Shown one piece after another: positions 1 through 12,000 of a stretch of 64,000 bases of DNA. This DNA is from Dimorphilus gyrociliatus (taxonomy: Eukaryota; Animalia; Annelida). The notes beneath the pieces are model-generated. The model saw only the letters and a list, made by a program, of their open reading frames with translations. It ran no database searches and was not told where the DNA came from. The position numbers and the translations under genes were made by a program. Position 1 is the stretch's first letter; each line of letters begins with the position of its first letter. The DNA lies in the NCBI GenBank assembly GCA_904063045.1, contig CAJFCJ010000014.1, positions 1,113,643-1,177,642 on the forward strand, read 5' to 3'.

Positions 1-2588
1 CTTGATCTGATGGAAGACGGGTATATAGTTTTACAGCGTCGGCTCCCTTTGTCCTTTGAGCGGAAGCTAGTCTGTTGATACGCAAGAAAAACAACTTAAG
101 CGACAAGAGCATAGTATTGATAGAGCTGTCGTTTAGATTCATAAAGACAGAAAAAAGCTCCTAGTGTAAAGTAAAAAGCGTTATACATAGCAAAATAATG
201 AAATTAGAAGATGAAGCTATATTAATTAATCTAGACGGCGTAATTGTGTAAGCATCCCAAGAGATTTTAATTACTAATGTCATATAAAAGACTAAAATGG
301 GTGCGGTTGTTATTTTATCCGATGGTTTATTTTTGATTATGTAATATCGGATTAGTGATTTTTAGTACATCCGGCGACAAACCTTTTCAATGTTGACAAG
401 ATCGTCATAACTTTTTTACACCTTTTTAAATCCTTTTCAATACTATCTGGTTCGTCCGTGATGAACCTGATAAGATTCGACTAGCAAGGTCAAGAGTCTG
501 GTTTATTAAACGAAGGTAAGAATGACTTACTTTTCTGCTCGGACTATAGTTTGAAGTTCGTCAGTCATCGCTTCTTTCAATCGATTTTCCACATCAGGCA
601 TACCTATCTTCATTTCGGCCATCCGCTTACTAATACCGCTCAATCCAATCGCCAATTTACTGACTTCCGTCAAATTAACCCGGCATTTATGCTTGAGAAC
701 GTCGGAGCGAATTTCTTCTACGCAAAGCTCTAAATCCGTTAAATCTTTTTCTAAAGATATTTTATCAGTGCACAGTTTATCGACGATCTTCTCAACTTCA
801 GATTTCCGACATTGGTGTTCGCCGAGCACGGTTTGTATCTTATTGAAAGAGTCCCTGAACAGATCGTGCATAGATCGTACGTTTGTCAAGTGTTTTTCTT
901 TTAGCTGCTCTTGCTCACTTTTTAATAATTGTATTTCTTTTTGAACGCTCATCAAGTGATTCAAGTACACGGAAGTAGGCTGAATTTCAGAATCAGAAAT
1001 CATCGAACTGCAATTACTCGACGGCCTATCCGGTTTTACGGCGGTTTGCACCCAAGCTGTCAGATGTGCCAATTGAGCTTCCATTGAAGCCATTCTAGCT
1101 TGAGTTTCTGGATCACGAGGAGTTGGCGTTGTAGACCCGGAATTGCCTTGCGGCTGAGAGAGGATACCTAATTCAGATGGAGTTGCATAGATTCCGTAAT
1201 TAGGCGATGTGCTCTGGCGGTATTTGTGTGGAACAGAGTAAATTGGCTCATTCATAGGATAACTTTCCCCAGGTTCAACTTCAACTACTTTTAAAACTGA
1301 TCTGTCGTGAATATCATGAACATTTTCCAATTCGTAATAAACGTTTGTTGTATGGTCTAAAATATATATTCTCTTATTTTGCCAGCCATTGCTGGACATT
1401 GAGAGTATTGAAGGAAAGGAGCGGACGAACAAAGCTCGAACAGTGTCCATGGAAGTGACTTCATTGGGCAAAGTGGCTCTTTTTGTTTCATTTCGGCAAG
1501 TCAATAAAACCAATCCTGATTTATTGGAATGTTATAGAATGGTCCCGATGGGTAGGCGTGAGCAAACACGCTAACTTACCTAAAGGCCTCTCTAGGGTCT
1601 TATTGGTAGATTTCACAACTGGAAGACTGCAACGAGCTCTACTATTTCTGCGGAATTCTTCTTCGTCCGTAAGATTTCGCACCTGATGATCATTCTAAAA
1701 GGCCCAAAGAAAAGAATAAACTAGAATTTCTTTTGAACCATTTTTACAGTTTGCACTGCCTAACAAACATAAACATTGGCGAATGCCAGCAGATTGCTAA
1801 TATATATTTTTCTATGAAAACACGTACACGCCTATTTTGCCTTACCTTTTTTACATAAGCTCCGTAGATAGCTTCAGAGTGAGCGGGGAAAGCAGACGCC
1901 AGATGCTCATATACACTACGCTTATCGCATACGCTCTACAATTGGGAAAAAAATATTATCTAATTGGGTGATAAGCGACGAAAAAGAAATGGATAAAGGG
2001 ATATTCTCTTACGCTGCAACTAGTGCTATTTGACTTTATGGATTCGACATCGGAAGAAGAGACTGTAACTGTATGGCGTCGATGTTCCTCATGGGACGAG
2101 CCGTTTACGCGTCTCTGCACGTCGTCGAAGGACGCCTTCAATCCGTGCTTTCTCCCCTCAACATTCGCTCCTGCAGAAAAGCGATTATTCGATTAGCTCT
2201 TACAGTAATACTACATTTGCTTATTTTATTTTATGGTGCTGCGCGTAGAAAATTCGTGCCAAAGCAAAAATGAGAATAAAGAGCAGCATTGTTCTCTGGC
2301 AATCCGACTCTCACACAAAGTATTCGAATATTTTTAAGCAGAAGACATTATTTTCGCCTCTAACATTATTGTTTGTCGACCGATTAGTTGGAGAGATACG
2401 CTCCAGTTCTTACATAATATTGTCAGTGTATTCGAGTTAAGCCCCCTTTGTTTGCCTCAAGTAAACTTACGTGATGCGCTGTTGGCCCTTTCATTTCTAG
2501 TTCTAGTCCATCGGTGTCTGGGCGGCGTCTCCTGAGCAGATTCCAAATTCGAGGGCGGTGTTACGGATTTACTTCGTCTTTTCACCAT
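1..2588 (-). CDS. SRCIN1: SRCIN1/KIAA1217 (p140Cap/SKT, AIP3-domain coiled-coil scaffold) homologue, 5' part; continues past the left window edge
   Basis: Phase-compatible GT-AG exons: 2471-2588 (ATG), 2013-2170, about 1843-1933 (VYEHLASAFPAHSEAI), about 1575-1695 (RCSLPVVKSTNKTLERPLG), 531-1515 (ETKRATLPNEVTSMDTVRALFVRSF...NVYYELENVHDIHDRSVLKV plus coiled coil), 383-466 (FITDEPDSIEKDLKR) and 1-71. These motifs match recalled KIAA1217/SRCIN1 blocks (RSSLPVVRSTNQTKERSLG; ETKQLRMPNEITSADTIRALF). Which paralogue it is cannot be resolved. Confidence 0.85.
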
Positions 2589-2614
2589 ATCTGAGGAAGA
2601 TAAACGCTTTATTA

Positions 2615-2745
2615 TGACGTCATTCCTCGTCTGACGTCATTCTCTAGTCGAGGAATGACGCCTCTTTATGACCGTCTAACACCGTCGCCGTCTAGCGGAC
2701 GCCAACCGTTTCCGTGGAAACGGTCGAGTTTTCTCTATGGAAAAC
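2615..2745. promoter_or_regulatory. Motif cluster upstream of the SRCIN1-like exon at 2588: two CRE palindromes, a CTCF-like motif and an RFX X-box-like palindrome
   Basis: TGACGTCA at 2615-2622 and 2632-2639; CCGCTAGACGGCGA (minus strand) at 2685-2698; ACCGTTTCC-GT-GGAAACGGT inverted repeat at 2705-2724. Confidence 0.5.
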
Positions 2746-3259
2746 AAACGCCGTTGTAAATATAGATATAGATATACAGTATATAATTCGGTCGCGCAAG
2801 GCGCGTACGAGGCTCTATTTACAAACGTCAATGCCAAGGTCAAATTTCTAGCGGCGTCTATTTATACTAGTATAAAACCTAGCTCGTGGCATATAAGCTA
2901 ACGTATTTATATATGCAATGTATATGTACACACAACTGACGTGCTGGTTATTTGATTTCATTACATGATCGAAAATTCCAAGCCGAAACAGCGGGAAGCG
3001 TCGGGTGACATTTTAGACGCCTAATTGACTAGCGCTGTCCCTGTTCTGCTTTCTTGCCAATCATTTAGAGAAACGCTGACGGCGTTTGCGAATCAATTAA
3101 CTTCTTATCTATAGGCTTACGAAAATAGTCTAAAGCAGTTGATATTTTATATATGAAGTCGTTAATTCAATTAGGAGAGGCTTAATCGCATATGGTTAGT
3201 ATCGAATAAACTATAAACGGAGTTCTTAATGAGTGCAAAAAACTGAAACAACACCACGT

Positions 3260-3507
3260 GACGAACCTTCGGCACGAATATGGCGAACCGTATATTTTGG
3301 AGTTGAACAATCTTCCGTCGCCGTATCTGAATCAGAATCAAGCCTTTTCAACGTCGATTGGGAATAATCCGATAATCCTCCGTCACTGGCGTCGTCTTCC
3401 ATTTTCTGGTTATTTGTCTTCTGCTCATCTTTCTTCGCCTTCTTTATAAAGTTCAACTTGAACTTTTGACGAGGCTCCTTCGACTTTGGCTTAGTACTAT
3501 CCTTCAT
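3260..3507 (-). CDS. Candidate alternative first coding exon of the SRCIN1-like gene (MKDSTKPKSKEPRQKFKL...)
   Basis: ATG-initiated open frame 3507-3226 with charged low-complexity sequence. Phase-1 GT donors near 3256-3260 are compatible with the phase-1 acceptor at 2170. The donors are weak. Confidence 0.4.
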
Positions 3508-4540
3508 GTAGCGCGAATAAAATTAGGTCGGCAACTGCAAGAATTCCGTAATGTAAACAATAAACTCTCGAGCGCTTCTTTCTAGAAAACGCCGGTTTTT
3601 GCGCATGTCTCTTCCATCTTAAATCTTCAATGTTCGCAGGTGAAGCGGCCAACGCTTTCTGGTGTAGATTTATTATTGCTCTGCACCCAGTCCGGTCCGA
3701 TAGGCTAGTCTACTGATAAACAACTTCGATACGGCTAGCCTTTCTGACAAATTTTTTAACACGGGACGTGCTCTTTAATATGGTTTCACTGCCTTTAATA
3801 GCAATATGGCACTTTTTTATAACTGTCGAGAGGTCGAGGGTTCGTCGGTAGAGGTCGCTTGGGATAGTTGTTCGATGACTATGGCGGCACCTAATGTTTC
3901 CCGCCATAAATAATTCGCTAGGCATTATATTACATCTTCGACTTCTTCGATGTTGGTCGATGCCAATTAGCACCTATTATCAAAAAAATAGGGAAAAGAG
4001 AAGAGGAAGTGTAATTTGATCACCGATAAAAGCGTTCTATTAGAGTTAATCAGAATATTAGCTGGGTATTGGTTAGGTTCCCAATTCCCGTTAAAGAAAA
4101 CTTAAGATGATGTACGTTTCCCTAACTAAAAAAGACGAAAACGTCCCAAAGCGCATCAATAAGCTTTTTACACGAAACCGAAGATTTTTAATATAATTAC
4201 TCAAGAGACGACATTTGCCTATTTCATGTTTCTAAAACATTCGCGTTTACAGCAAAGCAAGTTGGTATCAAGTGTTAGCTAAGGTTAAAAAGTCAGTTTT
4301 GTGTATTCTTTTCTGTGGATTTGAAGGCCCACTGCTATTTTCATTGCAGCTGTTTCGGTGCAAATGAAATGTTAAGATGCAGATCGTCATACAACTATAT
4401 TCAACAATGACGGCTATCACCCGTATTAGTCCCATGAGGTGTATTTAGAAAGCCATAAATCGTGTATATTTTCTAGAATTCCACTTTTTTTTTATAGAAA
4501 TTGTTTATAATAAGAAATAGAAATCAGTATGGAGATAGCA

Positions 4541-5037
4541 TCAAGAATTTTCTATTTCCTGGAATCTGTAGGAGAAAGTAATGTTAATGCATATAGAAAG
4601 TTTTGAATTATTAAGGAGGTCAAAAACTTACTTGCACTGAGGACAACTGTAAAATATTGTTTGACCTTCGTCAGCTGATCTCGTTTGTCTTGTTGCGTAT
4701 GTCATACCGTCGTGACCACATTGAGAGCATTGACGATCAACTACAGGCCCAGAAAAATCTTCTGAGTGCAATCCTTCAGATTTAGCTTCTACCGTATTAA
4801 ACACTATCGTTGTTTTAATTTCTATATTATTAAATTCTGTGAGTTGCGTGTGGGAAAAATGAAAAGAATATTAACATCATTAAGATATTTCGTATAATAA
4901 GCACGTGTACCTGCAACATCGACTTCTGTCTTACATCTGTAACACTTTACTGTGGGATCTCGGCCAGGTAAGGGTAGGATTGTTCCACAAGTCGAACAGA
5001 AGTCAATTTCGGTTTTAAATAGCTTATTATCAGTCAT
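4541..5037 (-). CDS. POLR1H: DNA-directed RNA polymerase I subunit RPA12 (ZNRD1)
   Basis: Three exons: 4911-5037, 4632-4821, 4541-4565. N-terminal Zn ribbon [10 protein letters not shown]...KCYRC and TFIIS-like C-terminal ribbon [40 protein letters not shown]. Confidence 0.96.
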
Positions 5038-5095
5038 TTCTACGATTATTTCTTACTGCGAGCGATAATAAGCAAGCATTGCCCAATAATAATTA

Positions 5096-5109
5096 GCGCC
5101 ATCTAGTGT
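5096..5109 (-). promoter_or_regulatory. CTCF-like motif about 60 bp upstream of the POLR1H ATG
   Basis: Minus strand reads ACACTAGATGGCGC versus consensus CCASYAGRKGGCRS (13/14). Confidence 0.5.
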
Positions 5110-6094
5110 GAAGTTTTCTTTATAAGAAATAATAGGTAATTGCAAGGAAGAATGGAGCGAGACCGAGTGCAGTCAATCGGAAGCGATAGAAAGGTCATTC
5201 TTGTACTTTTACCACCAACTTCAATAGGGTAAACCAACTAAACGAGACTCTTTTAACCCGTCATTCACCATAGATTTCCCGTTTATATACAATCACTATT
5301 ATTTCAATATAGGCTTACTGTTACAATACAATTTTGTTTATTACAGTACTACAAAGACAATTAATTACGTCTAAGAGGCAGAGAGAGAGAGAAAAAAAAC
5401 AGCAGAGTATTAATGCTTTATTGATGAAGCTATCAAGTTGCTATCGACGAATAGATGAACAAATTCCTTTTTACATTCTTTTTTATTCCCTTTCATCGGA
5501 AAAAGACCGATTCAGCAAGCTCATAAATAAGAGAAATGTAATGCATCACATTAACTTGACGTTTTTTAATTGACATTTAAATGAAATAAATGTGCTGTCT
5601 GCCGTATATAACGTCTAAACCAATAGCCTAATCAAAGAATACACCGATAACGGCACTGACAGATTTAGTGATAAAAATTGAGAGACAATTAAATATCAAG
5701 GGACCAATAAGAAAACAGAGTAAAAGATATCTATTAAGGTTTTAGGAAGAATATTGTATATTTTCTTAGTTGAAATACGAACGAAGGAGGAAAAGAGGGA
5801 ATAAGAGTATTTAATCACAAACTGATTTGTTATGCAGCTTATCTAAACAAGAGAAGAAAATTAGTATCAGGTCTGAAGAAGTTCGAATGGGATCCAGATG
5901 AAAGCATATTGATTTTCTTAAAAGGAACCTTATCTTATTAATTTCTCAAGAATATACTTCACTAAATTTATCTACCGTCTATAGAAACAAGATGGATTTG
6001 ATAAATAGAATTTTATTAGGGAAAATCTAAAAGAATAATTGACTACAGAAACAAAAAATGGCCGTTAAAAACAAACGTTTTTTTAATAGGGGTG

Positions 6095-9000
6095 TCACTC
6101 ATCGAATTCAAAGTCGTCGAAAGCTCCGGCTGATTTACCGTATAATTTGATAAGTTCATCAGATGTTTTACTTCCGGTCATTCTCCTAGAAATGTACGAT
6201 TCTTCAAAATTTCTTAAACGGTCTGTAGTAAATATAGTAGACCGCCTCTGTTGGATTAACTGTGGACTGAGTTGTAGCCATCTATGCTCAAGGCATTCTT
6301 CGGTTGTTATTCTATTTCTATATTGATAAAAATGATAATAAAAGGATTAACGTTCCACACTTCGTATGAAATTAGTTTCATATTACTTTGGTTTCCGCTT
6401 GAAAATCTGATAGATAAACTTCAAGCCATATTTCGTTACGTTATGATAAATTTCGTGGGCATTGTATCGAACATGCTTAATATTGGAGAATGTCTCCCTT
6501 TCATCTTCACCTCTGAATGGCGATACACCGCTAAGCCTGTTTACAGGATGAAGATTACATTATTAGATGAGTAAGAAGCGAAAGAATGCGAAAATGTAAA
6601 TATTTACAGAACAAAAGCGAGAACTCCGGCTCCCCAAATATCCGCCGGCACCCCAACATAGTCGTTGATGACCTTCTCGGGAGCTGAATAGAATATGAAT
6701 TAATAATTAAAGACTATGTAACCCTAACATTAGGTTCATACCCATAAATTCTGCCGTGCCCTCTCGCATTACTTTAATACCCTCGTAGCTTGTAATCTTT
6801 CTCGATCGACCGAAATCTATTAATTTTATATCGTATCTTCTCGGCGATACCGTAATTACGTTGTCGGGCTGGATATTAAATTTTTTCCAATGAATAATTC
6901 ATTATGTAATATTGAATAGTTACTTGTAAATTTAGATGTACAATGCCTCTGTGATGTAAGAATTGTAAGGCGTCTAAGACTTGTTTCATTACGCTTGTTA
7001 CGTGATATTCTGTGTATTTATTACGTAACGACAAAGTTCTAGCAATGTTTTCACCAGATAACTTTTCCAAAACTAGAAATAGGAAGTCTTTGTATAAATA
7101 AGCTTCAAAGAGTCTGACGATATGCTCTTGGCGAACGGCCTATTAGGATAAAATACACATTACGATGATTTATAGAATACACCGGAAGTCTTTAAATATA
7201 ATTCCTCACCTTTAGCATTTCATATTCCCTTAGGCAATCTTCGTGCTTCCACTCGTCGTAACTTACGATTTTAACAACTCTTTTATCATTTTGCGAGCCT
7301 GTTTTATTGCTGCAATCTCTTATTAAAGAGTATCTTCCTCTGAAAATTAGATTATTTTGTAATATGTCACTTTTGACCCAAAACTTTCAAAATTGCTTAT
7401 GATTGATACGGTAATTTAAATTCTTACCTCCAAACTTCACTGCCAAACTTCAAATACTTTTCAGGGTCAACCTTTTCCTGCAAAAACACTTCCTGTTCAA
7501 CAAAGCCTTCGCCTTCTACACTCTTGACCTTTTCTCGTTCAACAGAAGTCTCTCTAGACGGTGTAGGTGTAGCTTCCGGCGAAGGTTGGCAGGTGGCTTG
7601 TCTAGACCTTAGCAATATCTTTTTCGTTGTTGAGTCAATATTAATAGAAGGCGCACCCTGATAAAAATAGTTAAAGGTTTATTATTCTTTATATTTGATA
7701 AGGAATTCCGTTACTTACTTTTGCCTTTGTTTTAACTTCAATTGAAGCCCAACTGTAAGGACTAATACCAAATTTATTTAACGCTGACACTCTAAAGCGA
7801 TAAGTCGTGTCTCTTCGTAAACCTTTCACTAATGCGCATTCATCAATAGAGTAAGTTGCTGTGGTCCAACGTTTATCCCCTTTTAGGAATAACAAATAAT
7901 TTTTTAGTTTTATAAATTTCCCAAATGATTCGTATTGTTTAAAATACTTATTAAATTTTATAAATTACCTAATTTAATATAATCGATTCTGTACGATAGA
8001 ATATATGAATTTCCATCCTGTTCGGGTTCTTCCCATATTAAGAAGGCTTCTATATCTGATATACTAGTTACGTGAGGTCGACCAGGTCTAGATGGATGAT
8101 CTAAAAACAATTAAAAATGAAAAAATTCTCTATTAGTTCCCCTGTTGAATATTAATAAGTACTAAGTGGATTTTATTTACCTCCCAATAACATTCTTGCT
8201 CTGCACGTTACTTTACCATATTTATTTCTAGCGATACACTTAAAGACTCCAAAATCGTTTGGTTTAGTCTGATATATACATATAGATAGATAGAAATTAT
8301 ATTATAATTAGTTTTAGACATCTGTAATCGGGCAATATTAATTGATAAAACCTGCAAGATTGTTAGCGTATGTCGACCTTTACCATCATCCCAAGTTCTT
8401 ACTCTTCCACCTTGAGTTAAAATTTCGTCGTTTCTGTGGGAAAAAGTTTGGATTAAACAGCTATAGTATCAATCGGAGTGTGCGCTTATACAGATCGCAT
8501 GTTTATTCAAGGTAATCAAGAACCTCACCTATACCAACTAACTGTAGGACTTGGATTTCCAATGACATAAACAGAAACAGTACACGGTTCTCCAACGTTG
8601 TATGCCTTATCATTTATTTTTGTTTTAAATATTGGCGGTAAGGCTGAAGGGAAAAAAATTACATGTAATTATTTTAACATCCGCAAAGGTTTACATTATT
8701 AACATGACCGTTATTAGTAATTTTATTTAATAAATGTTACATTTTTAATATTGCAGACAATATTTTTATTATTAATTAAGGGAATTGGAAATTTAGACAA
8801 CATTTTGACTTTTCTTTAAAGATCAGAAAGCTATGCTCCATATCTAACCGAAAACTTTCTTAAATATTGTAATGGGGCTCTTTTTAAAGATTCGTTTGAT
8901 GCTTGGAATTTGCTTAGAGGGACTGAATCGTCTCGAGAGTATTTGCCACTTCGAATAGACTTAAACAGAATGGGCGTTCTGTGCTATAATTTAGTGTATT

Positions 9001-12000
9001 CTACTCTATGAAAAGCTTATTGAACTGATCTAATTTCTTCCATCTTACTGCTTACTTTCATGGTACATTTCCTTGTTGGAATTGACTTGATACTTGGTTA
9101 CATTTTACCAGTTAAAAGGAGTGTTAAATATTAATAATTTCTTTTCATATCTCTAGAAAAGATCTATTCCCTTTGGAGGGTTTTTTTTAGATCTTTAGGA
9201 AATAGAAGAAACTCGCTTGTATTACATTGAGGAAAATAATTACCTTCTTGCGTATCGGCTGAGTTTTTAAGATGCCACAAGGAAGTCTTCTTCGGTTTCC
9301 TTTCCACAACTGCATTATCTTCGGCCTCTCTCTCTAAATCTCGTAAGTCTTGTCTTTCTCTTCGGGACCGACTTCTAACTGATGTTTTCGAAGATGCTCT
9401 TCTATATCTTGCCATTCGTACGTTAAATTTAACATCCTCTGCAGGGAGGAGTTGAGCTTCGGGTCCCGATTGATAAGCGGCTGACCATTCGTACCAAGTA
9501 TCTTCATCCTCGTACTCTTTTTCCCAATCGGAAGATGATCCACTACCAATTGTGGAAGGAGCTGCGCTCGTTATCATGGACGGAGGACCCATAATTTCGA
9601 GCATTCCAGCAGCTCCAGCCTCTTGAAAATCTGTGGCACATGAGAAAACTGACGAAGCTCTTGTTCTTGGTGGTGAAAAGAATCCATCGGGTTCGCTTAT
9701 TTCCGGAAGCTGCAAATTGATTTTTTCAATTATCATTATAAATCATTCTATAAAAAGAATTCGAGAAAAACAGTCGGCTGTGAATAGTTAATTAAAAAAG
9801 TTGAGCTATGATAAACAGGTGGTAAAGTATATAACTGGGGCAAAGATGTGCGAAGTATATCCTCTTTTTATATTATTTCTTGGCATTAACTGTGTCCTAA
9901 TTTCCTACCTGAAGAGCTGGAACAGTCATTGGACCGTTAATGATATCGTTAATCGATCTAGGTTCCACCATGGTTTTAATGGATCGTAAACCGCGTTGAC
10001 ATTTTCGTCGAAAGATATATGATTTATGCCTTTCCAAATTTATTTTGTCCCCTAAACCTCTTCGATTAGATAGATCAATGAAAGGATGGTCAATAGCTTG
10101 GCTAGCGGTTATTCTTTTCCTGTAAAGATTAGCGATAATCTTAAATTTTTATGAACTCTACATTTAAGGATTTTGAAAGATTTACCTAGGGTCTTTAACT
10201 AGTAAACGAGATATAAAATCTTTTGCTTCGCCTGAAACTGTGGAGAAGCTATCGTTAAAATTCCAATCAGCTTTGGCAACATTCAAAAGAGCATCTCTAT
10301 CAGATTCATTAGCAAAAGGTGAAGATCCGGATAGTCTGCAAATCATTAGGAAAAGAAGAATAAATAGAATTGAGAGGTAAAAATCTTAAATAAAAAACTA
10401 ACAAAATATATGCGATAATTCCTACGTTCCACATATCAGCCGAAGTACTTATTGGTTGATTATCAGCAACTTCCGGAGCAGCAAACTCAGGTGTACAATA
10501 CTTGGCATGTAGCTAAAAAGATAATTAAACGTTATAAATAGCCCAAATCAAAATTCCCAAATGGAAATACCAACTGGCAATCTTGGATTTAATTTTCTAG
10601 CAAAACCAAAATCTATGAGTTTTATTTCTTCAGATGAAGAATTTGTTAGCAATAAATTCTCTGGCTGTAAAATATTATTCAATAAACTATCCAACGCTCT
10701 CTAAAAGACACGTTATTTCAAATGGTTTGTTTTGTAATATACCTTTAAATCAAGATGAACTATGTTCTTTGAATGAATATGCTCTACGGCTAATAGTAAT
10801 TGCTTTAGATAATGGGCTGCTTCACTTTCTGTGAATGAATCGTCCTTTACAATTTTTGGTAATAATTCTCCTCCCGTTAATCTATTATGAAAGATTTTTA
10901 TAAAATGGCTGATTTTATAAAACTCTATGTAAATTATTACATTTCTGTAACAATAACAAGTCTTTTCTTATCATCATAACCATCTTGTAATTGCGCAATA
11001 TTATGATGATCTAGGTATGTCATAACTTCCAATTCGGTTGTTAATTCTTCTCTAAGAGCTGGATCGGAGTATCTTAAAAATTTTGCCGCGTACTGATAAC
11101 CTGAATTCTTTTCTATAACCCTTCTAACCACACCGTAAGAACCCCGACCAATCTCGTCTATAACATGAAAATAGTCTTCTATGTGACAGGGGTTGAATTT
11201 CAAATCTCTGATATAATTCGCTTTAACTAATTGAAAGGAAATTACATTTTTAATTAGTCATTGACAAATATTGCAGTAGTTATTAATAGCCAACCTGAAA
11301 CTTTAACGTTTGCAGTACAATAAACTTTGCCAGCAACGTTACTAAGAACGCACTCGTAAACACCCTCGTCCAGTCTAATGGCATTATCAACACTTAGAGT
11401 CCAATGGTCATATTCTTCCCGTCGAATCTTAACTCTATGAGAGTCTGCTATTACTCTCCAATCTTTCTTAAATTCAACGTCAGGGTATGGAATACCGAAA
11501 ACCCGGCATTCTAATTTTCCGGTTGATCTCAAATTGAAAATTTGATCCTTCATGGGTTCCAAGAAAGTTGGTGGATCTGAATTACGGAAAAGGAATAATG
11601 ATAAGGAGGATTTCAAGTAATACTATCAATGTTTTACCGGCCATGTCAACTTTAATATCTTGATTTGCGGAACCAACTTCATTTTCAACGTGTATTTTAT
11701 ATTCACCAACGTCAGACCAACTAAAGTTATTTATTTCTAGGATAAGTTCACCGGAAGCCGCTAAACTAGAACTGTTTTGTTTTTTAAAGAAAAAAAACAA
11801 GTCAAACTATTTGCTTTTTTTTTACCTAAATTACAAACAAACCAGTATTTTTCCCCCATATAAAGTTTCTCCTTGTTAAAATACCAGATAATTTTAGGAT
11901 CTGGATAAGCTTTTATAGCCGTTCGTATTTTCATTATCTTTGTTTCAACACCGTATTGTGTATCGTCCATTTGACCGATAAATTCTGGGGCTATTCCTAG

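Noticed and set aside
3710-3973. 87-aa minus-strand ORF between the SRCIN1-like gene and POLR1H
   Set aside because: Starts at a non-ATG codon, has no recognisable motif and no convincing splice partners; may be UTR or promoter sequence.
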